DNA from: Octopus sinensis
Lineage: Eukaryota
Reading direction: 5' to 3'
DNA: 64,000 nucleotides
Assembly: GCF_006345805.1 (NCBI RefSeq)
Contig: NC_043002.1
Location: 110,236,001-110,300,000 of the forward strand
Part shown: positions 1-12,849 of the stretch, piece by piece
Numbering within the stretch: the first letter of the stretch is position 1
How the letters are laid out: each line of letters starts with the position of its first letter
The notes under the pieces: generated by a model
What the model saw: the letters and a program-made list of their open reading frames with translations, nothing else
Database searches by the model: none
Told to the model about the DNA's origin: nothing
Position numbers and translations under genes: made by a program

Positions 1-129
1 TTGGGGAATGAGAGCTAGGCATAGAGTATGAAGGAGGTAATGTGAGGAAGAGGAGAGATGTAGATTGGTTTGTTGGGGGTAGAGTGAGGGAAAATTTTCT
101 TGTTATGTGTGGGTGGAACACCCAAGTCA

Positions 130-810
130 GGGGCTAGCAGATGTCAAGAACATTATTGCTGGCAGAAAAGAGTTACAGCCAGATTGAAAAAGAGGCATTA
201 GCTATTACATTTGGTATGGAAAAGTTTCACAGGTTCATTCACTGCAGACATTTTTGGTTTCAAAGGGACCATAGACCTCTAATGACGATATACAGATCCA
301 AGAAAGGAATCCCAACACATACTGCAAACAGACTGCAGTAGTGGGGTACCGTTCTATTTAACTATGATTATAGAATGGAATATCTGCCTTTAGGAAAGTT
401 GGAGCATGCTGATGGTCGGTCTAGATTAATTTCAAGAAATAACAAACTGTTGGAGGACACCATAATAGCAGTACTAAGAGTGGAGGCGAAAACAAAAAAA
501 AAAATGATGTGGAACATTGTGCGTGAAGTACCAGTAACTTTGGAAGAAATAAAAAGAAATGCAAGAAATGACAAATTTATTGATGATACAAAAAGAAAAC
601 TTGTCGACAAAAGGAAATAAAGAAAGGTCTGATGCAAAGAACTGCCAAGATGTGAGCATGAACCCTATATGTGATGGTGTACTAATGTAAACTCAGAGGG
701 TGGTCATACCACAGACATTACAGAAGAAAATGCTAAAAGAGTTCCATGTGGGGCATCCAGGTATCTCTAGAATGAAAGCACTGATGCGAAGCTTTGTATA
801 TTGTATATAA
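130..810 (+). mobile_element. Degenerate Ty3/Gypsy-type LTR retrotransposon pol fragment (RNase H and integrase zinc-binding region)
   Basis: ORF 141-341 has YSQIEKEALAI...DHRPL...ANRLQ, the retroelement RNase H motif. Downstream LQKKMLKEFHVGHPGISRMKALMRSFVY (~715-800) matches the integrase HHCC region. Stops and frameshifts are present. Confidence 0.85.
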
Positions 811-1379
811 AAGTAGACCCTAAGAAAAAAAGATATTGAATATATATATATATATATAAAGGAGAAGGTGGGGTGAATAAAAGAAATTGATTGTTAAATA
901 TGATAATTAAAAGTGGAGATTTACTGTATGCCCCTCCTGGTAAAAAGGAGCCAACCATTATAAATAGACCAGTAGCCAGTAGTCAAGGGAGGGTCGAGAG
1001 TCGACAGTTGTAGTTATTGTCTTGTGGAGCTATCAGTGATAGTAAGACAGAAGAAGTTAGTGTATTACTATTCCTGTATGAAGAGATACAACAGTATCCA
1101 ATGACTAGTAACTATTGTGTCTACTAACATAAAACAGCATCTACAGTACAATTACAGTCATACATCACACCAGTGGGAGGAAACCCACTTTACAATGGGT
1201 GCACAAAGTAAAAATGGTGAAAAATTTTAGAAAAGTAAGTGTTGTAAGAGAAGAGGACAAGTTATGCAAGGAATTTCTGTTTTTTATCACAGAAATGCTA
1301 AGATTTTATGGAGTCCACTTGATGGTTGACACAAATGATTTTTAGACCAAAGAATATTTTTGTATAAAAAGGAAATTTA

Positions 1380-2780
1380 CTTTGAATGTGATACTAAAAA
1401 AAAAGGATAGTAAATAAAGTTAATAGCATACTGTAACCTGAAGCCAATATCCTTTGCAATAGCTTCATCAGGAATGCAGCAACTTTGGGACATTGCATTT
1501 CATGCTAATGTGTGAATGTATTAACAATGATATTATTACTGTAACGTTATTTACAAGAACATTAAGCAATTGTTTGAGATGAAAGCATTATATCATATTT
1601 GAATTTGTGACTGTTGATAGAAAATCTTAGGAAATCATATTTGTATCTGATTTCTTTTCTGACAAAAGGAACAAAAGAAGATAAAGTTAATGACGGAATA
1701 AAGGCCTAGTAAAGTAATGCTGTAGATGCTGGGAATTTTTCAAAGTTACTTATAACAGCTGGCAAGAGAGAAATAGTCCCAGTTGTCGCAAATGGAATGA
1801 TAGATTTTAAAGAAATATGTGGTATGTTGGATAACAACAGAAACTGAATTAGGTAAAAATTCTAGCTGGTTTTGGAAAAGATAAATTTCAGCTAATAGGT
1901 ATTACAGTCCAGATCATTGATTCTGAAATCATGAATGAAATCTTTTGGCAAAAATATGAATATGATTTCATTGATATAGAGAGTGGCATCGCAGTAAATA
2001 GGAATTGATTATTTTACTGAATTTAAAAATTTCTTGAGAAATACTGAAGATTAATGCTCCCATAATGTTATTTCAAAAATGTTGATGCTACTAAACCAAG
2101 TGTAAAAAATACAAAAAAAAAAGGAAAAATCAGGCAAGTTACAAAGCAAAAATGTTTCCATTCCAAGAACTCCAATAGCGCCAACTGATTATGGAATTGA
2201 ACTTTAAAGAATTTAGGATTTCTGTTTGAATAGGCTTTGCAATGTCAATTAATAAAGCCCGAAGTTGGAGCTAAAAATGCTGACCTTTATCAGTAATTCA
2301 TGTAATTTTAGATTCCATGTTTAACAGTTGGAAGAACAGAAAACCATTATATATCATTGTAAAATGGAAAACCAAGAATAATTCTCATCATAAAGCTCTT
2401 TAGTATTATTCCTTATATTATATTCCTCTTATCTAATATAAGTAATTACATTATTTCAACTGATTTTATATTGCAAGAAAACAGTATGAAAAAATATATT
2501 TTCCATGATAAAAATATGCATTATATATATATTATATATATGTGTGTGTGTGTGTGTGAGTATATGTGCATGCATGCAGAAACACACACACACTCCCACA
2601 CACATACACAAACACATACACGCACACAATAGGAGGATGGGCACAAATAGCCTGAAACTGTACGGGCTAGTGATCCTGTTGTCTGCTAGAAGATAGTAGG
2701 GTTTACTCCCCAGCTTGCAATATATATTTTAAAATTTCATTATGCTCTTTAATCCAGGCAAAGCCAGGTATTTCTGCTAG
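1380..2780 (+). mobile_element. Decayed Helitron remnant (Pif1-type helicase pieces and 3' end)
   Basis: Fragments AIASSG(I)AATL (~1457-1490) and PRTPIAPTDYG...GFAMSINKA (~2160-2260) resemble Pif1 helicase motifs. A hairpin-like ccaggcaaagccagg followed by CTAG|T ends at 2780. Confidence 0.65.
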
Positions 2781-2820
2781 TATATATATATATTCTAGTA
2801 TATCTAGTGTATATATATAT

Positions 2821-2861
<41 letters not shown>

Positions 2862-2865
<4 letters not shown>

Positions 2866-4439
2866 ATATAAAACTGAGAATATGTGTCTATCTGTCTGTC
2901 TGTGTGTTTCCCTAAAACTTGAGAACTACACAACCAATTTCATTCAAATTTTACACATGCCTTACTTAGGGTCCATGTAGTTTCAGGGGCAAAAAAATGT
3001 TCAACTTCTTGTCTAGGGCGAGCCCATAGCAATATTATATCTTCTTCACTTTCAGTATTACGTGTTAAAAGTGAAACAAAAACATTTCTCTATTTTATGT
3101 CAGATACTTTCACTTTAACAATAAAAATTAGAGATAATAATAACAATTGAATTATATGTAGTAAGTAATAATTAAAATCAAACTAAAGTATAATATAATA
3201 ATTAAATCGTAATATAACAATTAAAAGTAAAAATAGCAATTCGCATAAAATTGCATCAATGACTTGAACTTGAATAAGTGGTTTTACATGAAGGGGAATA
3301 AATTAAAAATAAAAATAGTGTGCAGAAATGGAATAGTCAAGATGGAGCTGTGCACATACCCTTTACCATGGCTTTTACATCAGATTATCTGCTAATTAGC
3401 TAGCATTAAGTATCTATACGAAGTTTGGATGCATGTAATGTCTGTTTTCTTGAACATCCGCTTCTACTGAGTACTGCTGTTGGTTTATTTCTTATACATA
3501 AAGACTATAGCTTCAACTGCGTACTGCTTTTTGATTCACCGTAAGGTTTGTTATTATTATTACTGTTTAACTATTGTTATCAAGTTTGTTGATTCCTCGT
3601 AAGGGAAACGTTGTTGTGTTGCATTTGTTAAATAATTGTAAACCGTAACCCTCCCCATTTGGGAGAAGGAGCTTTGGTTATTGTTTAAAAATGAATTGTG
3701 TCCCTGTTTGGGGAAATTGACAATATTTTCACCGTTTATACGGAAGCATTTTTGTTAGAATGCCTTCGATAGAAGAAAGTCCAAAAATGAATTTCGCTGC
3801 AGCCGTCGGCGGGCGTGAACTCATTTAAATTGAAATGGAAGAAATACAAATCTAATTCGGATTGATCACCAACAAAGACGGTGAATCTAGGATAACACCA
3901 CCAAACGAAATAAAAAATTAAATTAAAAGAAAAGACTATTGTCTATAAAGTATACAATGTAGAAAAAAAAAAAAGATTTGAACACCTGGAGGAAAGCACC
4001 ATCGAAAAGTGTCTTGGTGCCACTATGAAAGATATCAAGTATCTAACCAGAGGCGGTAAATTTGCCACAATAGAAGCAAGGTTCGAGTCAACAGAGCGTG
4101 CAAAGGAGTACTCGACTCGAACCTTGCAAAGTGGAAATATCTTATTTTTACCTTTATATCTGGGACGTAGGACATCCTGGATAGAAATTAAAAATGTCCC
4201 CCCAGAAGTAGAGGTAGGCTGGATTGTAGTCACATTTCTATACAAGAGTGAGGACAAGATACAATTGATCGAAATTGCAAGTCTGTTATATATTTTGAGT
4301 ATTGTTATCACTAGCGATATCAAGATATTTGTATTTTGTATTTTATGTGTAGATGTAAATATATAGATGTACATGTAATATGTACACATATATACATGCA
4401 CTAGCACTATGACCCAGCAACGCCGGGTCATAATGCTAG
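2862..4439 (+). mobile_element. Non-autonomous Helitron-like element carrying a retroelement ORF1-like fragment
   Basis: 5' tatatataaaactgagaatatgtgtc...(tctg)n start. 3' hairpin gacccagcaacgccgggtc followed by CTAG|T at 4436-4440. Internal decayed reading frame at 3760-4280. Confidence 0.6.
3760..4285 (+). pseudogene. Decayed gag/ORF1-like fragment (L1/Tx1-type non-LTR retrotransposon, tentative)
   Basis: ORF 4025-4366 contains ...LGRRTSWIEIKNVPPEVEVGWI, resembling the 'xIxNVPPEV' RRM-like segment of Tx1/L1 ORF1. An upstream NFAAAV motif and in-frame stops are present. Confidence 0.4.
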
Positions 4440-4545
4440 TATATATATATAGACTTTTTCTATTCCTGAGTGTTATGCTAATACATCTGTTTGTCTTCAT
4501 CTTTTGTTTTTTTCACAAACTCTCCCTACATATATATATATATAT

Positions 4546-5147
4546 CATCATCATCATCATCATCATCATTTAACGTCCGCTTTCCATGCTAGCATGGGTT
4601 GGACGGTTCAACTGGGGTCTGGGGAGCCCGAAAGCTGCACCAGTCCAGTCAGATCTGGCAGTGTTTCTACAGCTGGATGCCCTTCCTAACGCCAACCACT
4701 CCGAGAGTGTAGTGGGTGATTTTATGTGCCACCGACACAGGTGCCAGACGAGGCTGGCAAACGGCCACGCTCGGATGGTGTTTTTTTATGTGCCACCGAC
4801 ACAGGTGCCAGACGAGGCTGGCAGACGGCCACGCTCGGATGGTGTTTTTATGTGCCACCGACACAGGTGCCAGATGAGGCTGGCAAACGGCCACGATCGG
4901 ATGGTGTTTGTTACGTGCCCACAGCACGGAGGCCAGTCGATGCGGTACTGGCTACCGCTACGTTCGGATGGTTTTCCTGTGTGCCACGTGCCACCGGCAC
5001 TGGTACCACAAAGATACAAATTCCATTGATGTTCATCTATTTTGATTTGTTTTGATTTTCACTTGCCTCAACAGGTCTTCACAAGTGTCACAAGAAGGAA
5101 GGTAAGCACAGGTGGACTGACTACGTCCCAGGTAAGGGTCACGGGTT
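4546..5147 (-). mobile_element. RTE-clade LINE 3' end fragment with (GAT)n tail and ~63-bp internal tandem units
   Basis: catcatcatttaacgtccgctttccatgctagcatggg end, homologous to the 3' UTR attached to the RTE RT ORF at 48720-50303. Confidence 0.8.
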
Positions 5148-5164
5148 ATATATATATATATATA

Positions 5165-6050
5165 TATATGTTCTATTTTATTAACATATTATATGACTAA
5201 ACGCACGCACCCTATTAAGTAAGATTGTTCTGTTTATCAAGTTAGCCTTGATATTAACTCTCACGCGACTCTGCATCTTTCTTTCTTTCTCTCCCATTCC
5301 CTTTTTCGTCTTTTTTCCCTCACTTAACTTGTCTCTTCCTCTCTCTCTCATTCTTCATTCTCTCTCTCCCTTTCACCATTCTTCATGGTCTCCTCGCACC
5401 ATTCCCCTTCTTCTCTCTCTTCCTCTTGCTCCTCCTCCCCCATTCCCGTCGTCCATCTGCGACGATACTTCCGTCGTAACTGCTATCCTGTCTTTTCTCG
5501 CCCGCCTTCCAAGGCTACTGGTCGACATTTTTTCTCTCTCGTCGTCCACTATAATCCAGCGTTTGCAATACTTTTTTCGTCTGGCGTTACAGCCCTTCTT
5601 ATCTTGTTCTCCTTGTCCTGTCTCTCACTGTTATATATTTATTTTTCCACTGTTTATATATATATTTTTTTTACTATTTATATGTTTGTACTGTCGTTAC
5701 CGTCTTGCTTTTTTTACCCCTCTGCGAAAAGATCTCAGAATTTTAATTGATTTGCTTTTCGCAGGAAGGAAGTTTTCTTCGAAGTATATGTCTCGCTTTT
5801 ATCCTTCGAAACGTTTAGTAGATGAAACCTTAGCGACTGAAGAAGGGGATTTTTCGTTGTGCTTATTGTCCTGTATCTCCTTTTTTTGCTTGTCTTGTTC
5901 CTTGGTTTGTGTCTATGTTTTTCGTCTCTCTATGTGTTCGACGTCTTTTTGGTGTCCTGTACACATATATGCGTGTATATGTACATGTAGAGGTAGGTAC
6001 GTACATATATGTTTATATATATGCATATGTTCTATTTTATTAACATATAT
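5165..6050 (+). mobile_element. Small PLE/retrozyme-like repeat with short terminal direct repeat, containing a permuted hammerhead
   Basis: atatgttctattttattaacatat occurs at both ends (~5166 and ~6026). The 3' part is homologous to 22517-22830, 23432-23748 and 52000-52420. Confidence 0.55.
5788..5849 (+). ncRNA. Candidate non-circularly permuted hammerhead ribozyme
   Basis: atGTC-tcgct-ttta-tccttc-GAAA-cgt...agcga-CTGAAGA-agggga. Stem I is tcgct/agcga, stem III atgT/Acgt, stem II tcctt/gggga. Confidence 0.55.
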
Positions 6051-6372
6051 ATATATATATATATATACTGCATCAGATTTCTGTCTGAAAAATAAAAAAT
6101 AAAAATAAGAAATAAGTGGAAATTTTACCAGTGAGTGTGTTAAATAATAAGGCACTAAAAGAGAATGACTCTCCCCAGACACAACAGTATATATATATAT
6201 GTATATACATATATATCTTTTAAATTTGTTTATTGGAAGCGTTTTGAATATGCAAATAAAACTTCTGTTGTAAAGATGTTGACTGGTGAACCAATTGTTT
6301 GGGTTTGCATCAACCTGTACCAATATAATGTAGGATAACCATTGTAATAATAACAATAATCCTTGGATGTGT

Positions 6373-6745
6373 GGAGGCGCAATGGTCCAGTGGTTAGGGC
6401 AGTGGACTCGCGGTCATAGGATCGAGGTTTCGATTCCCAGACCGGGTGTTGTGAGTGTTTATTGAGCGAAAACACCTAAATCCCCACGAGGCTCTGGCAG
6501 GGGGTGGTGGTGATCCCTGCTGTACTCTTTCACCACAACTTTCTCTCACGCTTACTTCCTGTTTCTGTTGTACCTGTATTTCAAAGGGCCGGTCTTGTCA
6601 CTCTCTGTGTTCCCCGAGAACTACGTTAAGGGTACACGTGTCTGTGGAGTGCTCAGCCACTTACACGTTAATTTTACGAGCAGGCTGTTCCGTTGATTCG
6701 GATCAACCGGAACCCTCATCGTCGTAACCGACAGAGTGCTTCCCC
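6373..6745 (+). mobile_element. tRNA-derived SINE family 2
   Basis: Head ggaggcgcaatggtccagtggttagggcag...ggtttcgattccc has Pol III A/B-box-like motifs. Six similar copies occur in the window. Confidence 0.85.
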
Positions 6746-6784
6746 AATCCTTTGATGGAATTTATAAATATTTTAATGCATTGC

Positions 6785-7037
6785 TACACATGTTTCCATA
6801 TATCACATGTCTCTTAAGATCACAGTCCATATTCCTGGGATGATTACAGTGTAGTCTGTAGTATCTGTGGGTGTTGGGTAGAGCATCTTCATTTGTTCAG
6901 GCGTTTAATGCTATATCATCTGAAGAAATGAATCCATGAAGATAAATTACCTAATGCCCATGGGTTCTATGGACTACATTGTAATTGTCGCAGGAATATG
7001 GACTGTGATCTTAAGAGACATATGGAAATGTGTGTAA
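6785..7037. repeat. Inverted-repeat (foldback) element, ~70-bp imperfect arms
   Basis: tgtctcttaagatcacagtccatattcctg (~6807) is the reverse complement of caggaatatggactgtgatcttaagagaca (~6991). Confidence 0.7.
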
Positions 7038-7112
7038 TGATGCATCCAAAGATTATTGTTGTTATTACTATATATATACATATATGTATGTATGTAACAA
7101 TAACAATGTATA

Positions 7113-7189
<77 letters not shown>

Positions 7190-7280
7190 CAAAAAGGGTG
7201 AAATATAATTAATTCAATAAAAATTAATAAATTTCACCTAGTAGTTTTATCGGTATGGAAAAGACAATATTTGGTAAGGA

Positions 7281-7400
7281 TTATATTAATTATAATAAAG
7301 GGTTAATTGCAACAAGTTGCTCAAAACCACATACCGAAAATATTCGGTATGTGGTTTTGAGCAACTTGTTGCAATTAACCCTTTATTATAATTAATATAA
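7281..7400. repeat. Perfect palindrome, 58-bp arms with a 4-nt loop
   Basis: 7281-7338 is the exact reverse complement of 7343-7400, with loop aata. Confidence 0.9.
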
Positions 7401-7439
<39 letters not shown>

Positions 7440-7911
7440 ACTCTATGTATCATTAACATATATTCAATATGCTATGTGCATTTATATATACTCTTATTTC
7501 AGTTTTAATCATTCTACTTCATATGTTCCACTATATTCTTCTATTACCTTTTATGTTCAAACTTACTGACCAGTATCATGTTTTCAGCTTTAGCCTATTT
7601 ACTTATTACGCTGCTCACATGTATTCCTTACAAAAACCAGAGATAATTTGAAATAGCAGAAAATTCAGAAGGCCAAGGTTTGTTGGTGCCTCCTCCTGTT
7701 TAATATTATTCTGCAGGAATTTTGACAGTGGGTGTGAATAATAATGAAAATGGCATGCATTTTCAGCTTTTGCAAAGAATATATCATATATGTTGTAAAT
7801 GTACAGCTTTTACATAAATTGAACTTGCTGTCCTTTGAAGACCTTTAGAAAATATTTGTAACCTGTTTTTAAGACCATGTACTCATGTGTAAATATACAT
7901 ATATATTTTGG

Positions 7912-8280
7912 AACCAACCACATGGTTCCGGGTTCAGTCCCACTGCGTGGCATCTTGGGCAAGTGTCTTCTGCTATAGCCCCGGGCCGACCAATGCCTTG
8001 TGAGTGGATTTGGTAGACGGAAACTGAAAGAAGCCTGTCGTATATATGTGTATGTGTGTGTGTGTGTGTTTGTGTGTCTGTGTTTGTCCCCCTAGCATTG
8101 CTTGACAACCGATGCTGGTGTGTTTATGTCCCCGTCACTTAGTGGTTCGGCAAAAGAGACCGATAGAATAAGTACTGGGCTTACAAAGAATAAGTCCCAG
8201 GGTCGATTTGCTCGACTAAAGGCGGTGCTCCAGCATGGCCACAGTCAAATGACTGAAACAAGTAAAAGAGTAAAAGAGTA
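7912..8280 (+). mobile_element. tRNA-derived SINE family 1 (5' truncated)
   Basis: Matches the ~400-bp family with an internal (TA/TG)n tract and an (agtaaaag)n tail. Confidence 0.85.
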
Positions 8281-8813
8281 TACATGTACAACATTTGTGA
8301 AAATAGGTGGAGCATTTATTGTAGAAAACAACATAATGTAGAATAATGAGTGAATCATTGACAACAACACATTGTACATGTTATGACTTGTATAATATTT
8401 GGGGAATGATGAATATAAGTTTCTTACATTCCTGTTATTTTCTTATTTTGGCATTTTTATTTACATCCTCATAGTCTCATTAGTAAACTTCATCATGTAT
8501 ACTTTTCAACAATACCGCCAACTGGAAAATTCAAATATTTGTACATGCAAGCAAACTATTGTAATTATCACAAAGTATAGAAAAACACCTGCCATCATTA
8601 TTGACACCTCAGGTATTTTAGTAGATATGTATTATGTACACACACACACACACACACACACACATGTTACATAAATACATCTGCATGTACATATATATAA
8701 GCACATATTTATAACATATATGTGTATGACTATTTCTTAATTATATCTATCTATCCACCCATCCATCCATTCATTCATCCATTCATCCATCCATTCATCC
8801 ATCTATCCATCTA

Positions 8814-8945
<132 letters not shown>

Positions 8946-8974
8946 TACATAAATACATATACACACACACACCA

Positions 8975-9330
8975 TAGCTCAGCTCTGTATAGAGATAATG
9001 GCCTGGCCTATGATCAGCTACATCATTGACGCATTCAGGAGGGATCTGATAAAGATCTTCAAAGAATTTTGCATGATTATAACAGTTACTACCAATTTGA
9101 CAAAGGTCAACTTCCTGAATGTAATCTAAACTTGAAGACAGTTAACTTTCGCCCTTACAGAAAGCCCTTTGATCAAACTGTTTACATTCATAGAAACTTC
9201 AACTACTTCCCAGCTGTAATTAGAAATCTTGTCACATGTAGAAGAATCTCTAAACTATTAGTGGACAGAGAAGTCTTTAACATGGGCTCCACCCCATAAG
9301 CTAAAAATTAGTAATTAGTGGCTTACCAAA
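8975..9330 (+). mobile_element. Penelope-like element reverse transcriptase remnant
   Basis: ALYRDNGLA (cf. PLE RT GLYRDDGL) at ~8982, followed by [35 protein letters not shown]...RRISKL, a PLE RT thumb-like segment. Confidence 0.75.
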
Positions 9331-9431
9331 AAGTTAGTATACAAAGACACTCAGCTCTGAATCTGAAGTGAATCAGAAAGAGAAAGATAATCAGGTTCAA
9401 TCCTTCATCCAACCTAGAAGTGTCAACTAAT

Positions 9432-9854
9432 AGGCGCAGGAGTGGCTGTGTGGTAAGTAGCTTGCTAACCAACCACATGGTTCCGGGTTCAATCCCACTG
9501 CGTGGCATCTTGGGCAAGCGTCTTCTGCTATAGCCCCGGGCCGACCAATGCCTTGTGAGTGGATTTGGTAGACGGAAACTGAAAGAAGCCTGTCGTATAT
9601 ATGTATATATATATAAGTGTGTGTGAATATGTTTGTGTGTCTGTGTTTGTCCCCCTAGCATTGCCTGACAACCGATGCTGGTGTGTTTACGTCCCCATCA
9701 CTTAGCGGTTCGGCAAAAAGAAACCGATAGAATAAGTACTGGGCTTACAAAGAATAAGTTCCGGGGTCGATTTGCTCGACTAAAGGCGGTGCTCCAGCAT
9801 GGCCGCAGTCAAATGACTGAAACAAGTAAAAGAGTAAGGGTAAAGAGAGAGAGT
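9432..9854 (+). mobile_element. tRNA-derived SINE family 1
   Basis: Head aggcgcaggagtggctgtgtggtaag...ggttcaatccc (A/B boxes) and tail aagtaaaagag. Confidence 0.9.
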
Positions 9855-9939
9855 AACATAGCTTGGAGTTCTCAGACACTAATTAAAAGACATTTGCCTA
9901 GATCCCATATGTATTATAAACTCTTCTATCCCCACGGTG

Positions 9940-10870
9940 TTCATCATCATCATGATCATCGATTAAAATCTGCTTTCCATACTGGCAGGGGTTGGACGGT
10001 TTGACTGAGGACTGGTGAGCCAGAGGCTGGACCAGGCTGAATCTGGTCTGGCAAACATTCTACAGCTGGATGCTCTTCCTAACATCAACCACTCTGAGAG
10101 TGTAGTGGGTGCTTTTTACGTGCCACCGGCACGAGGGCCAGTCTGGTGGTTCTGGCAATAACCATGCTCAAAAGGTGTTTTTATGTGCTACCTGCACAGG
10201 AGCCAGTCTGGTGGCACTGGCAACGACCATGCTCAAATGTTTTTCATGTGCCACCGGTAAGGCAACACTGGCAATGAACATGCTTGAATGGTGCTTTTCA
10301 TGTGTCATCAGCATGAGAGCCAATCCATGGCCCTGGCAACGATCATGCTCGGATGTGCTTTTAATGTTCCACTGGCATGAGTGCCAATCGGGCGGCACTG
10401 TCATCGGCCATGTCAGTAATTTTGATTTTGATTTCTCTTACCTCAATAGGTTTTCACAAGCAAGGTTTATTGTCCAATGAATGAGGGGTATTCATAAATG
10501 GGCTGGTTACACCTACTGGCATAGGCATTGGGCTATGGTCTCACTTGGCTTCTCGGGTCTTCTCAAGCACAGTGTATTTCCAAAGGTCCCGGTCACTAGT
10601 CATTGCCTCAGTAAAGCCTAATGTTCAAAGGTCATGCTTCACCACCTTATCCCAGGTTTTCCTGGGTCTACCTCTTCCACAGATTCCCTCAACTACTAGG
10701 GTGTGACACTTTTTCACACAGCTGTCCTCATTCATTCATAACACATGACCATACAAGTGCAGTCGTCTCTCTTGCACACCACATCTGATGCTTCTTAAAT
10801 CCAACTTTTCTCTCAGGGCGCTTACACTCTGTCATGTATGCACACTGACATTACACATCTAGCAACGTAA
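9940..10870 (-). mobile_element. Older RTE LINE 3' fragment (end of RT ORF and 3' UTR)
   Basis: Homologous to 48720-49570. The GRGRPRKTW-encoding segment lies at ~10650-10680 on the minus strand. Confidence 0.8.
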
Positions 10871-11537
10871 GGTTAGTTATTCCTGCCTAGACAACATTGC
10901 TTCAAACCTTGCACACAACAAGAGACAAAAAAACACACACTTACACAGCGTACAATCCATACCTCTGCCTGTAACTTCTGTAATCGTACCTACTACCCAT
11001 TGGGAGGGTCCTACATCTCAAAAGTTAGTCTATTGAGCCACTTTCACACTAAGTTCATATGGAGACAGCCGGAGTATCTTAATTCTCATTGGTGGGAATT
11101 AACATACTCTACATCAAAATTCGAACTCATTGGCAACCTGGCTTTGTCCACTGGGGAACTTATCTCCCTTGCCAATCATTAAGATAGTGCATTTGGGGCT
11201 ACTGAACTGTTTTGACTCCTATTTCTAGCAATGCCAGTACCACTTAGTACCCTCTGTCACTTTAGTGATGTTTATAAATTTGCCTTTAGATTATTAAATT
11301 GCTAATAAGCCACCTATATTACTTATATATATATATATGCACACACACACACACACACACACAAAAACCTCTTTGATTATATTGCTTCCAACTTTAGACA
11401 TAATGAAAAATGACAGGAAATGTCAAAGAGTTAGTGACAGTGCATATATGTTGGAGAAACGGTTGAAGAGAGCAGTGGTAGGAGGGAGAAGGGACAATCA
11501 TTAAGGAAAAGGTGATGTGCAGAGAAAATAAAAGCAA

Positions 11538-11900
11538 TAGGTGCAGGAGTGGCTGTGTGGTAACCAACCACATGGTTCTGGGTTCAGTCCCACTGCGTGG
11601 CATCTTGGGCAAGTGTCTTCTGCTATAGCCCCGGGCCGACCAATGCCTTGTGAGTGCATTTGGTAGACGGAAACTGAAAGAAGCCTGTTGTATATATGTA
11701 TATATATATATATGTATGTGTGTGTGTTTGTGTGTCTGTGTTTGTCTCCCTAGCATTGCTTGATAACTGATGCTGGTGTATTTACGTCCCCGTCACTTAG
11801 TGGTTCGACAAAAAGAGATCGATAGAACAAGTACTGGGCTTACAAAGAATAAGTCCCGGGGTCGATTTGCTCCATGGCCGCAGTCAAATGACTGAAAAAA
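11538..11900 (+). mobile_element. tRNA-derived SINE family 1
   Basis: Matches the family, with small internal deletions. Confidence 0.85.
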
Positions 11901-12139
11901 AAAATAAAATAAGGGAAAGAGAATGGTAGAATGGAAAGCAATGGTCTGCTTTAGGAGGAAAGTGATTGTTTTTGATTGCCAGACTTGTGAATACATGAAT
12001 ACATGGGAATATTCCCTGCCTCACATACACACATCTGGCTAGCAAGAACACAGACACTCACGTATGTACATGGGGGTCACACACACACAAAAGAAAAAAC
12101 TGGGGTAACACTTGCACACCAGTGCATATGTGTTTATAT

Positions 12140-12353
12140 ACTCTTTACTCTTTTACTTGTTTCAGTCATTTGACTGCGGCCATGCTGGAGCACCACCTTT
12201 AATCGAGCAACTCGACCCCGGGACTTATTCTTTTGTAAGCCCAGTACTTATTCTATCGGTCCCTTTTGCTGAACCGCTAAGTGACGGGGACGTAAACACA
12301 CCAGCATCGGTTGTCAAGCAATGTTGGGGGGACAAACACAAACACACAAACAT

Positions 12354-12386
<33 letters not shown>

Positions 12387-12559
12387 CATATATACGATGG
12401 GCTTCTTTCAGTTTCCGTCTACCAAATCCACTCACAAGGCATTGGTCGGCCCGGGACTATAGCAGAAGACACTTGCCCAAGGTGCCATGCAGTGGGACTG
12501 AACCCGGAACCACGTGGTTGGTTAGCAAGCTACTTACCACACAGCCACTCCTGCGCCTA
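12140..12559 (-). mobile_element. tRNA-derived SINE family 1
   Basis: Reverse-complement full-length copy. Confidence 0.9.
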
Positions 12560-12849
12560 AATATAATAATATTTATATTAGAAATATGATAAAACTAGAT
12601 GAAAATTACTGAAATAAAATGGAAAAATAAAGATAAATGTATTCTTAAATAGATATTGCATTAGGCTGTCAAATAAATTCCTTTGTTTTTTCCTAATGCT
12701 ATTTGAATTAACAAGAAAAATATTTTTATCATTGTGTTTTATGGGAATTTTTCGTAGCTCTATTCTTCCTACAATTTTTGATCATTTTTGTAATTTGAAT
12801 AAATTTTATCTCTTTTCAGACATATGATGATGGAGAGCGTTAAATAGAA

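Noticed and set aside
5248-6102. 284-aa hydrophobic ORF
   Set aside because: Low-complexity pyrimidine-rich repeat. Homologous copies do not keep the frame.
6373-6445. tRNA gene (and similar heads in other SINE copies)
   Set aside because: It is the tRNA-like head of a ~370-bp SINE body repeated six times, not a free-standing tRNA.
8500-8625. Minus-strand transmembrane-like peptide (IMMAGVFLYFVIITIVCL) as the C-terminus of the EGF gene
   Set aside because: There is no suitable acceptor site upstream, and hydrophobic translations are expected in AT-rich DNA.
9323-9661. Recurrent ORFs MLGGQTQTH.../MSSNARGTN... suggesting a gene family
   Set aside because: They are antisense frames of a high-copy tRNA-derived SINE and the frames are not conserved between copies.
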